The notes under the pieces were generated by a model, which was not told where the DNA came from, did no database searches, and saw only the letters and a program-made list of their open reading frames with translations. Shown here piece after piece: positions 38,921-55,949 of a stretch of DNA of 64,000 bases. Source of the stretch: Guillardia theta CCMP2712 (lineage: Eukaryota; Protista; Cryptophyta); NCBI RefSeq assembly GCF_000315625.1, contig NW_005434641.1:77113-141112 (forward strand), given 5' to 3'. How positions within the stretch are numbered: the stretch's first letter is position 1; every line of letters starts with the position of its first letter. The position numbers and the translations under genes are program-made.

Positions 38921-39632
38921 CATGTATTATGGCAGTTGGTTTGCGCTTCAGAGTCGACACCCATCAGACGCTTCCAGGTGGTGGAGGAGGGCCACCGTTG
39001 ACCTTCACCCCCTCGGCATTGCGGGGTTCAGCCCTGTACCATGAGACAGTCACACAAAGGCGTTTGAAGGCATGTAGTCTCAACTTTAGATGAGTCCATC
39101 TCCAAGTTCTCCTCGACTGCTCCTACCCCTTTCTCCCTATCCTCTCTCCTTTTCTTTCCCCTCCCCTCCCTCTTGTCTTCCGTATCTCCTCCCTCCCCTC
39201 CCTCATCCCCTCCTACATCACCAGGTGTTGATGGTGTTAGTGAAGAGCCTCCACTCGTAAATGCTGCAGTCCTGCTCGCCGCACCTGTGACAGAATGAGC
39301 ACAGGACAAGTGTCGGCATGCAGGAGGAACCAGGTTGACTTTGCGCTTTCCATAAGCTCCACATACTGCCTCACAACCGCGAACGTCATGCTGTGACAAC
39401 AAGCGTCAGTTTCACTTCGGCAGCAAGAGACAAGACGGAAAGGGCCAGGTGACACTATGATGATGGCGATTCCTAGTCCCTAGACGATTCGAACCTCGTT
39501 CCCACTATCGAACTTCATCATTCTAGCTTCACCACTTGGCATCTTTCTCCTGCAGATTTTATGCATTCTTCATTGTGGAGCGACTCGCTTGCTCTCAACT
39601 TCTCCTTCCCATCATCTTTCCTTTCGTCTCTG

Positions 39633-39682
<50 letters not shown>

Positions 39683-39841
39683 CTTCCCCTTCCCTTGCAT
39701 GGTCAGGCAAGAACTCGCTGGGGGGCGAATCTTTTTCGGGCAGAGGAGCCTATACCTCATAGCCCAATCTTCCTGCCCCTCATACAGTCAGTCATACAGC
39801 AGAGCTCATACAGACCGTCATACAGAGCTCATACCTCTTAC

Positions 39842-41518
39842 ATGGCAGCCCAGCGAGCAGTACCGGCGCCGTCGAGGCGATGGGGACTGAGCATGGGCTT
39901 AACCAGCGGCGATCTTCCTCCTCCTCCTCTTCATCATCATCTTCATCCGTTGCACCCAGCCAGCGCGGCTCTTCCCTCACACTCCAGCGTCATCGACGCG
40001 TCCCTGAGGAGCAGCAGGGTCCCCCTCGAATGCGTTGACTTTGTCGCCAATGCATGGAGAGATCTTTGCGGAAAGGAAGGGAACTCGGAGCAAGGTATGA
40101 ATGAGCACATGTGCTTCCTTGCGAGCTCCTCGTCTGAGTTGGTTGCTCCTCGAACTCGTGTCATGCAGAGGATTCTTCAGACGTTGACGTGGAAGATATC
40201 GGGGGGTGGGTTTCAGAGTTTGTGCTGTCGGAGAGTGACGTCGCGAGGCTGAAATCCTTGTGTCAAGAGGTCAGAAGACGAGCGTGTCGAGCGATCTCAC
40301 CCTTGTGACTCCATCCCTCCATCCAGGCTCCCAACACCCTCGAAATGAGGCGAGTGCTGGGCTTCTTCTGGAAGAAGAACTCCAAGGTTTCCGAGCTCAT
40401 GGAAGCCATCGGATCTCGCAGACCTGGCCAGGTGCGTCACTCTAGAGCCCGTACAGAGCCCTCTGAAGCCTCGGATGCTCTCCTGCTCTCCTTGGCTGGT
40501 CAGAGTTCATACTACTCGCAGATGAAGCGCGAGGAGAGGTCGGCGCTGCAGAATCGCATTCGGCGTGAACTTGAGGTAACAGCAGGTGAACATTTGATGG
40601 GATTTTAATCTGCCGTCTGATTGCAGGAGTTCAAGAAGGAGGAGGAGAAAATCATCGAGAAGTGCGTGCATGCTCCTGCTGTATTGCCCCTCCTCCTTTT
40701 CCCGTGACCGCATGTGTCAGCTGGGATCAAGGGAAACCTGAGGGAGACAGCCTCCAACTCAAGCAAGAGAGCGATCGGTTGACGAGAGAGTTAGAGCAGA
40801 ACAAGCTGAGCAGAGGCTTGAACCTGTTGGAGGTCTTCGCGCCCCGCTGCTACCATGACCAACCTGACTTGCGTTGGGTACGTGTAGATGCGATCGAGGA
40901 TCAAAGACCTCAGGGACAGCCAGTTGCTCCATCGCGCCTGGTTTCAGAAGCGCGAGGAAGCGTATGTGGACAGTCTCATTGCTACCGCCCTCTTGACATT
41001 TTAGCAGCATAGCGCATTGCAGTCATAGTTTCTCAGTGGGCGATCAGCCCGAGTCCAGCGTCATGGAAGCTATTGATGCGGGACAGAGAGCGTACCCCCT
41101 TACTAACAGATGATTCATCCAGCTTCTCAGTCTCTTTGACAGGTTCGGAGGAAACCTGCACAAGGAAGAACTGTCATCGGAGTTCAGCGAGCTCCTCGGA
41201 GCTGCCGCTGTTGTATATGTTCACTCTGCAAGAAGAGCAGAGTCTCGTCAAGATGTTGATGCAGGTGAGAGAACGCATCAGCGTGTCAAACTGACGACAT
41301 GAGCTGACAACTTGTTTTTAGGCAAGAGATGCTGGGCAACCGCGGCAAGGCTGTGGGAACAGCAGATGAAGCACCTGATTGCCGTATGGGGGAGAGAGCA
41401 CACCAATGTAATGTGCCAACGCGGTTTTGTCGGTACTCTGGTGACCTCTTTACAGGTATCCAAATGTCTCGGTAATGTGAAGATGGCCCAGCAAAAATCA
41501 GGAATGATCTTCTCATAA
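39842..41518 (+). CDS. Hypothetical coiled-coil protein, multi-exon
   Basis: Exons such as MRRVLGFFWKKNSKVSELMEAIGSRRP, YYSQMKREERSALQNRIRRELE and QLKQESDRLTRELEQNKLSR are separated by short GT-AG introns. Confidence 0.5.
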
Positions 41519-41646
41519 CTGTCTTGTAAATGAATCTCACAAGTCTTTCACCACCTCGCGCACCGTTGATACTGCGCTCATGTGCACATAATAAGCTGAC
41601 GTACGGTCATCACGTCTCTTAGCGACATTTATTGCTGAGTTTTTCC

Positions 41647-42034
41647 TTACATGTCCTCGCTGTTGACCATCTTGGCAGATCCGCTAGCCTCGTTGGCGGC
41701 CACGGTGGCCTGCTGGTAAGAAGACATGGGGGTCTGGTCAACAGGGTTGAAGACCTTGGTGGCAACGTAGTGAGAGAGAACCTGCAGGTTGAAAGATCAG
41801 CGACAAGTCAAGATAGAACGACCCTGATCGCAATCAATCGCGTACCACGTCGCTCCCACAAATCACGTGAAATGCAAGTCATGGACTTCATGTTATGATC
41901 GTCAACTCTAACGTGAAACATAAAAGGCTTGCAATCAAACAGGCAACAGCAGACAAGATTGCACATGCTATCTCGCTCCTTCCTCCTTCCATTCTCATCG
42001 CGCCGCTCGCATCCTCCCGACTCACCGAGAACAT
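41647..42034 (-). CDS. 47-aa microprotein MFSVLSHYVATKVFNPVDQTPMSSYQQATVAANEASGSAKMVNSEDM (exons 42034-42026, 41781-41647)
   Basis: ATG TTC TCG followed by a gtgagt donor, a tgcag acceptor, then 44 codons with strong C-ending bias and TAA. Confidence 0.65.
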
Positions 42035-42199
42035 GCTGCGGTGGTTAGCGATACCGCAAATAGCGGTTTGCGTAGGCTTCCTAGGGCCAATTTCTTATCT
42101 CCTAGCCCTAGTTAGTCATTGTTCTATTGTGATGCCAGCTACTAGCACCAGGTCCTAGTAGCTGTATAGACTTGGAGCGTCGTAGAACGATCCTAGAAC

Positions 42200-42745
42200 A
42201 GCACCACGGCACTACGGTACGTTTGTTGGCGCCGTGCCACCCGGCGGGCCGCCGCCGTCTGAGGCGAGTCAGTGCCAAGCCGCGAGTCAGTCGCCGGTCC
42301 GATCTCGGATCCCGGCGAGCCATCACCGGGCTTAACTTTGAGTAAAGACCGGGCAGGTTTAGGTTTGGTTCTCGCTGTCTTTTCTCTTCTCGCCGTTTGG
42401 CCTGTGCGACAGTCTCAGGGTCAAGCCTCCTCGACTCTCCTGATTGTCCTCGTACTGATTTTTAACTTAACTTCAGTGAGTAAACCTCAGGCTGGTAGTA
42501 CACTGGCACGGGTGACGGTGGAATCACAACTACTATCATGTATGCCGCAGTCCGACACCGGCCTTGATGCTGCAGTTCAAGGTTGTCGGACCGTCCCGCC
42601 GTGTGTCTCGTGACTCAGTCACTGCCCGGGGTCACGAAGTGAGTTGGCAGGTATCATGGTACTATAACTTTTAGTAACGTATGTAGAAGTTGGTACAAGT
42701 CACTAGTAGCCGTGACTCCCGACTCATCTGACTCAATGATTCGGA
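42200..42745. repeat. GC-rich island with a copy of the AT-rich core (42423-42484) and a partial copy (42331-42349)
   Basis: AAGCCTCCTCGACTCTCCTGATTGTCCTCGTACTGATTTTTAACTTAACTT equals the reverse complement of 18755-18805. Confidence 0.8.
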
Positions 42746-42748
42746 CGG

Positions 42749-46703
<3,955 letters not shown>

Positions 46704-47110
46704 TCACTCCTCCACGACATCATCCCGAACAATCTCCTTCTCCTCCAGTGAACACCCAAACGTCCCAAGAAGTTCAAGGGACGAAAGTCCTTCCTTCCAA
46801 TCCCTGCGGCCCGATCCCTTCCTCCCCGAGGAGGAGCAGTCCATGCTGCAATCATCTTCGGCGTTAAGCTGCTCATCTCGACATGCTCTCGTTGCTGAGG
46901 AGCCTGGCGGCCTCACCCCCATCGAGCGGGCGGACTGTGGCTCACACACAGGGCATGGCCCGCCAACCAAAAAAGCAGGACAGTGAATATAAAACTAATG
47001 AAGTCGTTGCTGCTTTTGTATTTCTTGAATTGAGACACTGATGCGGGCTCGAAATTTCGCGTATGTAATTGATTTTCATTGAGGCTCCTGGGGGCGTTGA
47101 AGCACCGACG

Positions 47111-48242
47111 ATGACGATCATGGTGGGGGGGGAGGCCCTGGGAGGCCCGATCATGAAGAAGATCCTTACAACTCCGTGTCTGATGAGGTGATTTCGATGT
47201 TTTCAATCGATCTCTCCTCCTCCTCCTCCTCCTCCTCCTCCTCCTCCTCCTCCTCCTCCTCCTCCTCACCTTTGTCTCCTCACCTTTGTATCCTCGCCCG
47301 TGTATCCGCTCCCCTTCCTCCCTTGGTCCTCTCCCACGCCACTCGCACTCACGCTGAGCTCGTAGGTCAGCTCAGGAGTTCAGCGCTCAGGAGGTGAAAC
47401 GAGTAGGGAAGGATCAGAAGAGCGTGTGCATCCTCCAGTCCGAAAGCGCAGCGGCATGCTCGGATGACGAAATGCTGATCGGGTCATGTGACGCCACGAC
47501 GTGCCTCATCGTGTTTGTAGTCTGCAACTACGGGGTTTCAGTGCTGCATCTAGATGATGGCACTTGTGGCGACGAGGATTATCTTCAGAAGGGCATCAGG
47601 TTTGTTGACAGTGAAGCGGACCTGTACATGGTGGGCTCCTATGCAGAGCCGTCATATCACTCCAAGAATGTCCTCAGCGCCGCTCTGTCCTTCTTCGAGC
47701 AATGCCGGGCAACCTTCAATCTCGTCCTCGCGTTTGTGGACGCGGTGAACACACAGGAGAAGGTGGTGAATGGTGTAGCGATCCCAGCCCCAAGGATCAC
47801 GGGTGCTTGCATGAATCCTGTGACTCGCAAGATCTTCCCTGCAGACTTTGTTGATCACGGGCCCAAGTATGTCGAGAGGCGGATGAGGTGTATGTTATCA
47901 GCTCCCAACTCGGACGTGTACGACTTTGAGCGTAGACGGTTCAGGTTCGAGCCCTGGCCATTCAGCTTGTCGAGCCATGCAGTACAGAGGTACAGGAAGT
48001 ACGTGGAGTTGGACGATGCTTCTTTGCTCCGTTGCACCTCGACGTCTCCAGAGGTTGAGAAGGATGAGTACGCGGATGACATGAGAGAGATGTTTCAAAC
48101 ACTTATCGACAACCCATCCAGTGACAAACTATTCGGACCGAGGCTGGAAGTGGCAATGTTCGAGTGGCGTAACGATGGGTGGGCTATCGTGGCAAGTGGG
48201 GAGATGGAGAGTTCAAGTGCTGTGATCATGCAAGCTGCTTGA
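47111..48242 (+). CDS. NTAN1: Protein N-terminal asparagine amidohydrolase (N-degron pathway)
   Basis: Exon 1 MTIMVGGEALGG..., intron ~47188-47365, then GSCDATTCLIV, LHLD, LYMVGSY, DHGP and STSPEVE, matching the NTAN1 motifs GSDDATTC and STSP. Confidence 0.88.
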
Positions 48243-48321
48243 TTGTTTTGCTATTGATTTTTATGCGCTTTTTTGTTGTTACCTTTCAGTTCTCAATGAA
48301 TTCACCAAGAAACGTTGGTTC

Positions 48322-49352
48322 TCATTGATTCGATTCCTCAACTGCCTTCTCTTGTTGGGTTCCGCTGTTTTGGCTCTCTATCTCTGCTGTTTTCTCTTGA
48401 AGGGCCTCTGGTTCTGATCTGCTTGCATCCATCTGAGCATCATTCGAGCGAGGCTGATCGGCAGCTGCTTTCTTGTCGCCACTCTCAGTATCAGCAGCGT
48501 TGGAGCTCTCAGGCTCCTTCTGGACAGCAGGTTGCGGTTGCTCCTTGCCTGTCTCCGAAGCACTTGGGTTGGCATCACTCGCTGCCTGCATCTGATTGGA
48601 CTGAATAGCATTCCCTGCTCCCTCGCCGCCCGTTGCTGATTCACTCACGGCACTCGCCTCTTGGGTTGCTGCTTGCTTGCCCTCCTGGCTCGCTCCCTCC
48701 TGAGCTGTTCCCTGGTTGGCTTCCTGGTTGCCTCCCTGATTCGCTGCCTGTTGAGCCTTGTCGGTCTTCATCTTCTTCTGAGACATCTCAGGTAGGATGC
48801 CAGGCCCGTCCAGAAACTCGAAACGAGGGATTGACTTGATGCAGTCACCTGTGAGTTACGTCAGCCAGAACACTTTGATATCTTCTAGATCTTCTCACCA
48901 ATGTCCTGCAACTGCATTGTCTTACGCTTCCTATCCATAGTCAAGCTGTGCGCTTGCTTGGAAATTTCGACCAGGAACAATTCCTTTCAAAATGCTTTCA
49001 GAGACCAACTACGGGAGAATCTTTTACTTACTGTGCAAACAGTCATCGCATGGATGGTTTCTCTGCTGTAATTCTTCTTCTTGTCAGGATTTTTCCTCAT
49101 GATTCTTTTGATTCTCGCGTAGGGGAAATTGACCTCTTGCTCTTCGGTCCCCTGATTTTCCCCGTCGCCGCCCCGTTCGCCTTCATCCTTATCAGCTTCG
49201 GCGTCAACTTCTTCCGCCTGGTCCTTCTCTGCCTGAGTTCCACCATATTCATCAAGTCTTGCATAGCTCCCTGTGCTGATCGGCTCTTTCTCTTCGCTCC
49301 CCTCCACCTCCATTCTGCCTCCCTCTTGCCCGACGGCTTCCACTTCAACCAT
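48322..49352 (-). CDS. H2A-type histone-fold protein (NF-YC/CHRAC1/POLE4-like) with acidic Gln/Ala-rich tails
   Basis: FPYARIKRIMRKNPD...SRETIHAMTVCT and LTMDRKRKTMQLQDI. Confidence 0.75.
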
Positions 49353-49954
49353 TTCCCGCGTAGCCCCTCTAGAGCAACACCCTACCCTTTTGTCTATCCA
49401 AACCCATGCTGTGAAACACCCCTACAAATTACAGTTAAAAGACCGGTATTTAATACAAAACGAACTCCCCTACCCTCCAGTTGTGATATTCAAACTATTT
49501 TGAAATCTGTCAATACTTTTTGGAGTTTGCTAGGATAAGATTCAAGTTCATTTGGAGGCTTCCCGTACCATGGTCGGATTGCACAGCATAGCAGGGGGCA
49601 AGCTCTACATGGCGAGACATGCGAAGAGATGAGGTTAATGCGCTGCACATGCGACTTGATGCTGAAAAAAAAGATGCTGGCCTCCCCTTCTTTCTTCACG
49701 ATCTTCTTGACTGCTGCTTCTGCTTGCTCGCACTTTGTACTCCTGTAGCTCACCCCTACGTAGCGTCTGAACAACGAACGTCACTGGTCGAAACCATTCT
49801 CAGCGGTATGTTGAGCACGAATACAATCAAGGTGAAACATGCATGCTGCAACCTACTGTCCGTCATTTCTGGGGCAGAATTCTGCAGGGGGAGGAAGGCT
49901 AATGCGGGCAACCCTGCTGATGTTGTTGTGTTGCCTGCTCCATAGTGGAGGATC

Positions 49955-51358
49955 AGTACCGCTGGAGGCAACAATTATAGCGTAACATCCCTCCTGATAT
50001 CCTGCTATTCTTGAATGCCTCTTCTCAGCGTAGACAACTCGATGCATATGATCAATGGTGACCATCGGCCAAATCGCTTCCAGTGTCAGCAAGAATGTGT
50101 CAATCTGATCTGCAATGTGAAGACGCAGGTGACTCTTTGACTGGATCATGTTTGAAACTCCAGATGAAGATGTGATATGAATGCAGAACCCAGAGAATAC
50201 GATCGGATTGATGACGATGGCGTGCTTACCAAACGAATATCCTTGTGTGCACATCGCTCCAGCGATGAACCAGGCATTTCCTGTCCCATCCACCAGCACA
50301 GCGAAGCTCACCCATATGCAGGATGGAGATCTGATCCAGCATCTTCTTGAAAAACTAGGGAACGATCTGAGGTGTTTCTCAAGGCTGGAACCCCTCTTAA
50401 GTCACTGATTCTCACAAAGTTACGAAATGCGCTTTGAGGAGTCGATGAAGATAGCTTGGGCAAGCCTGAAGCATCGCATGAACAAGAATCAAAGACCCAG
50501 GTTGATTTCTCACATGATTGTATGCGTCTCATCAAGTTTGCAGGATCGTGGCCTTCGTTGCGGGCCCTCTAGAAATCCAGGATCAACAAGATCTGATCAA
50601 ATTCGGCAAGAAGCTTCGTAAGAACAACGTCGCCATCGACATCATCAGCTTCGGGGACTCCCCCCGGCATAACACACCTGTCCTAACGGTGTGTGCAACA
50701 AGTTAAGATCTGAGTGATGAGACTTCTGCAGGCGTTCTTGAACGCCGTCAACAGAGACGGAAACAGCCACTTGCTATCGATGCCTCCTGAGCAGTGCCCG
50801 CCCGGTAAGTTCCCCAGAGCATTTTCCGATCTGCTGTGACTTCACTGTAGGAGGGCTCTCGGATGTTCTCTTCACCTCTCCGATCCTAACAGAGGCGAGT
50901 GCTCCTCAGGCTCCAAATCAGCAGGGGGCGAGTCCAGCCGCCCCGGACTTTGCGGAGTACGGTGGCATCAATCCGCAGCTCGACCCGGAGCTCGCTATGG
51001 CACTCAAGATGTCGGCAGAGGTGAAGATTCCTTGCATGACGTCATTGGATCACTGAGACCACTGGAACAGGAAGAGACGACACGCCGCGAGACTCAAGCT
51101 CGCCGTGAGCGAGAAGCTCTGGCTCGATCAGCGGCGGCTGCGTCGAAGGAAGCGGAAGCTGCCAAGCAAGTAGAGGCACCCTCCACACCAGCTGCTGTTA
51201 CTGCAGCAACCAACTCTACTGCTGCTGCCGAACCACACGCAAATGCCGATGAGAAGATGGAAGAAAACAGCGAAGAAGAGCAGCTCCGTCGAGCTATCGA
51301 GCTGTCTATGATGGATCAAGATGTTGATATGGAGCGTGAGAATGAGAAAGATTCGTAA
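49955..51358 (+). CDS. RPN10: 26S proteasome ubiquitin receptor RPN10/PSMD4 (VWA + UIMs); start exon uncertain
   Basis: PLEATIIAVDNSMHMINGD, NPENTIGLMTMA, LKHRMNKNQRPRIVAFV, KKLRKNNVAIDIISFG, LSDVLFTSPIL, DPELAMALKMS and EEEQLRRAIELSM. Confidence 0.93.
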
Positions 51359-51503
51359 CGTCATCGCAAAGAATTTCTTGGGTCGAACAAGCACAAATGA
51401 ATTAGAGTAAAATGGGGAATTCGTCACAAAGTAAGGCAAAGGTCAATTATTCAAGAAGCAGAGATCCGACAAACCTGTCTTGCACACTGTGCTGCTGTTT
51501 CTT

Positions 51504-52031
51504 TCATTTACCATTGGCCAGGAGACTCCGTCGCTTTGCCTCGAGGAAGGCTATCTCCATCTTAGCTTTCTTCAGCTCTTGCTTTGCTTGAGTCAATCGG
51601 CTTCCCAGTTGTTTCACACTCTTCTGGAGCTGCTTGTGTTTCGTCTTGAGGAATTTTTTTTCTTTCTGCGATTGATAGGTCGTTGTCACCGCCGGAGGCT
51701 TCTGCAATGGCGCAACTTCTTCTCCTTCCGCAAGGATTTCCGAGAGGATAGCATACGGATCTATGGGTGTAGAGGCATCAGGAAGTGAGGAGGCAGGGGC
51801 GGCGGCAGAGGGCGACCCTGTGTCCGGTTCTGCCTTCACCACGTCGCTAGCCGCCGCATCCTCACCCTGATGCATCTGTGGGAAACATGGATCAGATCCA
51901 ACCACAAGAATGCACATGAACCATCTGATCCTGGAAAAGAAAAAAATGCTACTACTATAGAAGGCATTGATTCTCAATTTAGTCACGATATGATCGTCGC
52001 TGCTTTTCATTTTCATGTTCTTCCTCGACAA
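51504..52031 (-). CDS. Small hypothetical coiled-coil protein
   Basis: C-terminal heptad-rich segment KHKQLQKSVKQLGSRLTQAKQELKKAKMEIAFLEAK. The 5' part probably includes an intron. Confidence 0.45.
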   Translation of the reverse strand: MSRKNMKMKSSDDHIVTKLRINAFYSSSIFFFSRIRWFMCILVVGSDPCFPQMHQGEDAAASDVVKAEPDTGSPSAAAPASSLPDASTPIDPYAILSEILAEGEEVAPLQKPPAVTTTYQSQKEKKFLKTKHKQLQKSVKQLGSRLTQAKQELKKAKMEIAFLEAKRRSLLANGK

Positions 52032-54202
52032 TGCTCTAGTCCCCTATGAGAGAAGATGCTGCATTCTAACAAGGATTTTGCTGTGCTTTCTCCTTCCCCT
52101 GCTCACTCCTTCAGTACATCCTTTCCTAGCTTTCCATCTTCTCTACCGCCATCTTGTTCATGCTCCCTCCGATGTCCCTTTTGGGCATTCCACTCCAGCA
52201 TTTGCCGAAATCTAACCATTCGTGCTCATCTACAAATTTTGTCCGAATATTTGAAAAGAAGATTTCAAGTTTCAGAAACATCAAATCTTCTGAGGCGGTT
52301 CGGGGAAAGAACTGTTGTATCAACGTGCTAACTTGTGTGATAAAAGTGAACTGACGGAAACCTCAACAACTTTGAGCTGCGCTCAATGAACGTGGTAGAA
52401 GTTCGGACACAACTTAGATAAGCTAGTTAAAAGTCAAGATTGGGAATGAATCCATAAACCCGCTTCAGTAAATCCTGTAATTGCCATCCCAAGCACATCA
52501 TCATCAGACCCATATCTCGATGAAGTTTGCTGCATCAAGAAATAGGATTGGTCAAATTAAATCCACGCCGTAAGTTGCAAAGCAATGGCATTCTCAATAA
52601 TTTCACTTTGACAGGACAACCAAGAATTAGACGCTGGATCATCGGTTAGGTAACCTGTCCAGCTGATCAAGTATTGTACACAACTACATGATAAACCCGA
52701 ATTATGTAAAGAAATGCAATGATGCTCTCAAGTATGCCATGCACAAAGAAGAAAATGATAGATCATTGAACAAAAGGATTCAAGTTGTAAGTCCACATAT
52801 CTTTATTCACATCTGGTTGTATATACATAATCAACAAACTACTGTACAATTCGTTTCTCTCTCTCAATATGACAAATCGATAGTCCCAATACACTTCAAG
52901 CCTTCATGACTGCTTGTCCTGCTCTTTTCCTTGAAGTTTCGCGTTGCAAACCTTGCTTCGGGCAGCCAACAGGTTACTGAGGCACATTTCGCCATTCTTG
53001 GAGATCTTGGACTCGCATGCTATCCGTTTTCCCTTGGCATTGTCGATGTTCCAGTCCTCGATGAAGCGGATGGTGCGGCTGGACTTGAGAGCATTGGGCT
53101 TCAGGCAGGTAGCCTTGAGGGACATGGTAGAGGATGCCATGATGAGCTCGTTGGTGCGGATGCTCCCGAGTCGGAATAGATATAGGGCCCCATACAAGGG
53201 GAGTGGTAGTAAATTAGGACAGAAATGGAATTTTCGGAATGAAATCAAAAGAGTTAGACTGCACTTTGAATCCGATTTCAATTTTTTGGAATTTTCGATT
53301 TCCGCGCGGTGTGTTTGACTGTTCCTGCCGTCAGCAGTCACGGTATTTCGAAACTCCGAGCGTCATCACCTACGGGAGAGAGGATAAAACACTATGTTTT
53401 GCTGTATCCGTCACGAGAAGGTTCACCTCCCGCTAAAAGTATTGTATTCTTGTTCCCGATATCTCCTGGCTGTCAGCAGACACCGATAGCACCCAGCTAA
53501 ATCCCTCCGAATTACGAGAAAACTACCGGTGTTCTGACAGTCCGCTACCGAACGGAGTAGAATTATCCATGTAGTAAAGTCTATGACGGACACGTGACCG
53601 AAACGGTGTGTGATTCTAGGCGAAAGTCTTCTTTTGCCTCCCCCGCTCTCCCATAAATTCTACCCTCTTGGGTACAGATCACACTCCAGCAACAGGCAAT
53701 GCTTTTGACGACCAGCCTTCCTCGTCGCTCCATCCGATTCCAAGAGGACTGGCATGTAACCTCGGCCAACACGTCCTCAAGAACCTCCGGAGCTCTTGAG
53801 TCGCTGAAGAACAACGCTTGCCTGGCTAACATGCTAGCAGCTCGGCAGAAGTCAGTCAAGGGGAAGGCTGGTGAGAGTGAAACTCGAATGCTATGATTGT
53901 TGTACCAGATAGGATTCGGTAAAGGAGTGTAAAATATGTGTAGAGTGTCATAGACTAGATAGTAACGGAGTGAATTAAAGAATCTCTAGAACGATCACCT
54001 TGGTGAAAGATCATGAAATGGATCAGCCACCCCAAGAACAAGGATGTGGGTACCATCAAAGAGTTTCAAAGATTAATTAAATTTATTCTTGCGATGAATT
54101 CATGGCTGTCCGCCTTCGAGTGAATTATTGCACAGTATCAAATAAGCACATTATAAATCAATTCTGAATCAATAATATTACACACGCATGAACCAGTCTC
54201 AC

Positions 54203-55399
54203 TTACTCAGGCTCAAACGAAGTCGCCGTATGAAGGTAGTTATGCAGAACATTCTGCATGTCTCCAATAGTGTACCGGTTCACAAATTTCTCCGGCAACC
54301 GCAAACGCGGGTTGAACATCTCTGGATCGAAAGTTGGAATTCGGAATTCCAACTTGCCTGTTTCAGCATTGCGCGCTATAACTCTGTCTTGCTCATCAGC
54401 ACCCAGCATGTATTCTATCAGTGACGGCTCCAGGCTTTCAAGAGGAAGATGCTCCTCGAGAAACGTTGTCAGTACACTCTTGCTCTCTTCCGTCATTGCG
54501 CTGTATGGGGATATGCTGAACACCCTGGGATCATTCGACAGCGAAGGATTGTCGTCCCACAAGAAAGTTGAGTCGAGATTAGCCCCAAGATGCTTCGCCG
54601 TATGAAACACGCTCTTCTTCTTGGCTGAAAGAACCATCGTGGGCACGTATGTCAACATCAGCGCCTCGCGGATGACCTCCCTTGTGATAAGAAGACGGTC
54701 GAAAGCACTTTCAAGATCATGCTTCTCCTCATCAAGAAGAGCAACTGGAGATGAATAAGTGTCCAGAATCATTTTCCCAGTCAAGCATTTCGGGGGGAGG
54801 TATATTTGAGCCCCATCGTGCCACGACAAGTCCCAACGAAGAGGAATGACTGTTTCTCGGAATGCAGACTCGTACAGGAAGAACGAGCTTCTCATGCTGT
54901 AGATGACCACTCGGACGGATTTCGCTTGTCTGCTGAGGAACCCATAGGTCTGCATCAGCAGGGGGTTCAATAGACGGTGGTAGAGCTCCTTCATTGACTC
55001 TCGTGAATTGCCCATCCACTGAAACGCCAGTCCAAGATCATTCCCATCGTTTCCAAAGATTGCTGCTTTGTCTATATCCACGAGCAGTGTGATCTCCGCG
55101 AACTGAAGCTTGTTCCTAGGAATGTATGTAGCCCTGGTGCACTCCTCCTCCAGTTCGGACATGTGTAGAGCTGAAATGGCTGACACTGCCGGATCCTCCG
55201 CCTGCGAGATATGCCTTTTGTTTGCCAGATGTCTCAATTCAATGTTTGACTTCTTCCGAAGTTCAGCTTGGGAGAAGTGTTTTAGTTTATAGTCGAAGCA
55301 GTTTGCTCGGCAAGAGACGATCAAGACCAAGGAGACAGCTATCAGGAACAATACTCTCTGTGCTGAAGAGATCTGCACCATGCTTCGCGCACAAATCAA
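54203..55399 (-). CDS. Intronless HAD-superfamily (FCP1/NIF-like) phosphatase with signal peptide
   Basis: Motif I LLVDIDKAAI (DxD), motif II VVIYSM, motif III K in SAKKKSV, motif IV HLGANLDSTFLWDDNP. Hydrophobic N-terminus. Confidence 0.65.
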   Translation of the reverse strand: MICARSMVQISSAQRVLFLIAVSLVLIVSCRANCFDYKLKHFSQAELRKKSNIELRHLANKRHISQAEDPAVSAISALHMSELEEECTRATYIPRNKLQFAEITLLVDIDKAAIFGNDGNDLGLAFQWMGNSRESMKELYHRLLNPLLMQTYGFLSRQAKSVRVVIYSMRSSFFLYESAFRETVIPLRWDLSWHDGAQIYLPPKCLTGKMILDTYSSPVALLDEEKHDLESAFDRLLITREVIREALMLTYVPTMVLSAKKKSVFHTAKHLGANLDSTFLWDDNPSLSNDPRVFSISPYSAMTEESKSVLTTFLEEHLPLESLEPSLIEYMLGADEQDRVIARNAETGKLEFRIPTFDPEMFNPRLRLPEKFVNRYTIGDMQNVLHNYLHTATSFEPE

Positions 55400-55949
55400 A
55401 TATGAACAGGATAGACACGCAAGTTCAGGTGGCCTTAGCTGGCTTCAGGCCGCAAAGTAGGAGAAGCGTCCTGTGTAGACCTCACTAGCTCAACCCAGAT
55501 TAATGGAAGCGGATGCTAAAGGAATATGAAGGATTCTGTTGCCACAATGCTCTTTGAATACTCCTTATCTCATTCCTGCTGGCAGTGAAGCTAGTCGCTG
55601 TACATGGCCGCTCTCCCGCTCTGATGCGCCTGCATGTTTATGCGCCGATTGCCGTCTGCCCACGACCGCTTCTCGTGGTGTAAAGACCCATCTCACCAGC
55701 CCCTACAATTTCACTAAACTGTCCGTCATTAGCTGCTGCCCCAAGCATTGACTTCAACAATTAGTCTAAAATACCTATGTGTGACGATATCTCACTATGA
55801 TCTGTCCTGAGGCGGAGTTCTTGAGATAGATTTATTTTTCCTGCTTTTTTCAGTACCATGTTTTACAGTGACTCGGTGATGCATTTTTCAGCGGACTACC
55901 CCATATTTGAGCCAAAGACTACCCCCTACACTGATGTTAATAACACATC

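Noticed and set aside
41647-42034. Microprotein as a cryptophyte ejectisome (Tri/RebB-like) protein
   Set aside because: The size fits, but I cannot see the RebB-like 'QITDAVTQ' signature, so it is not assigned.
52904-53896. Overlapping short ORFs on both strands
   Set aside because: Could be a small gene, but strand, exon structure and domain could not be supported.
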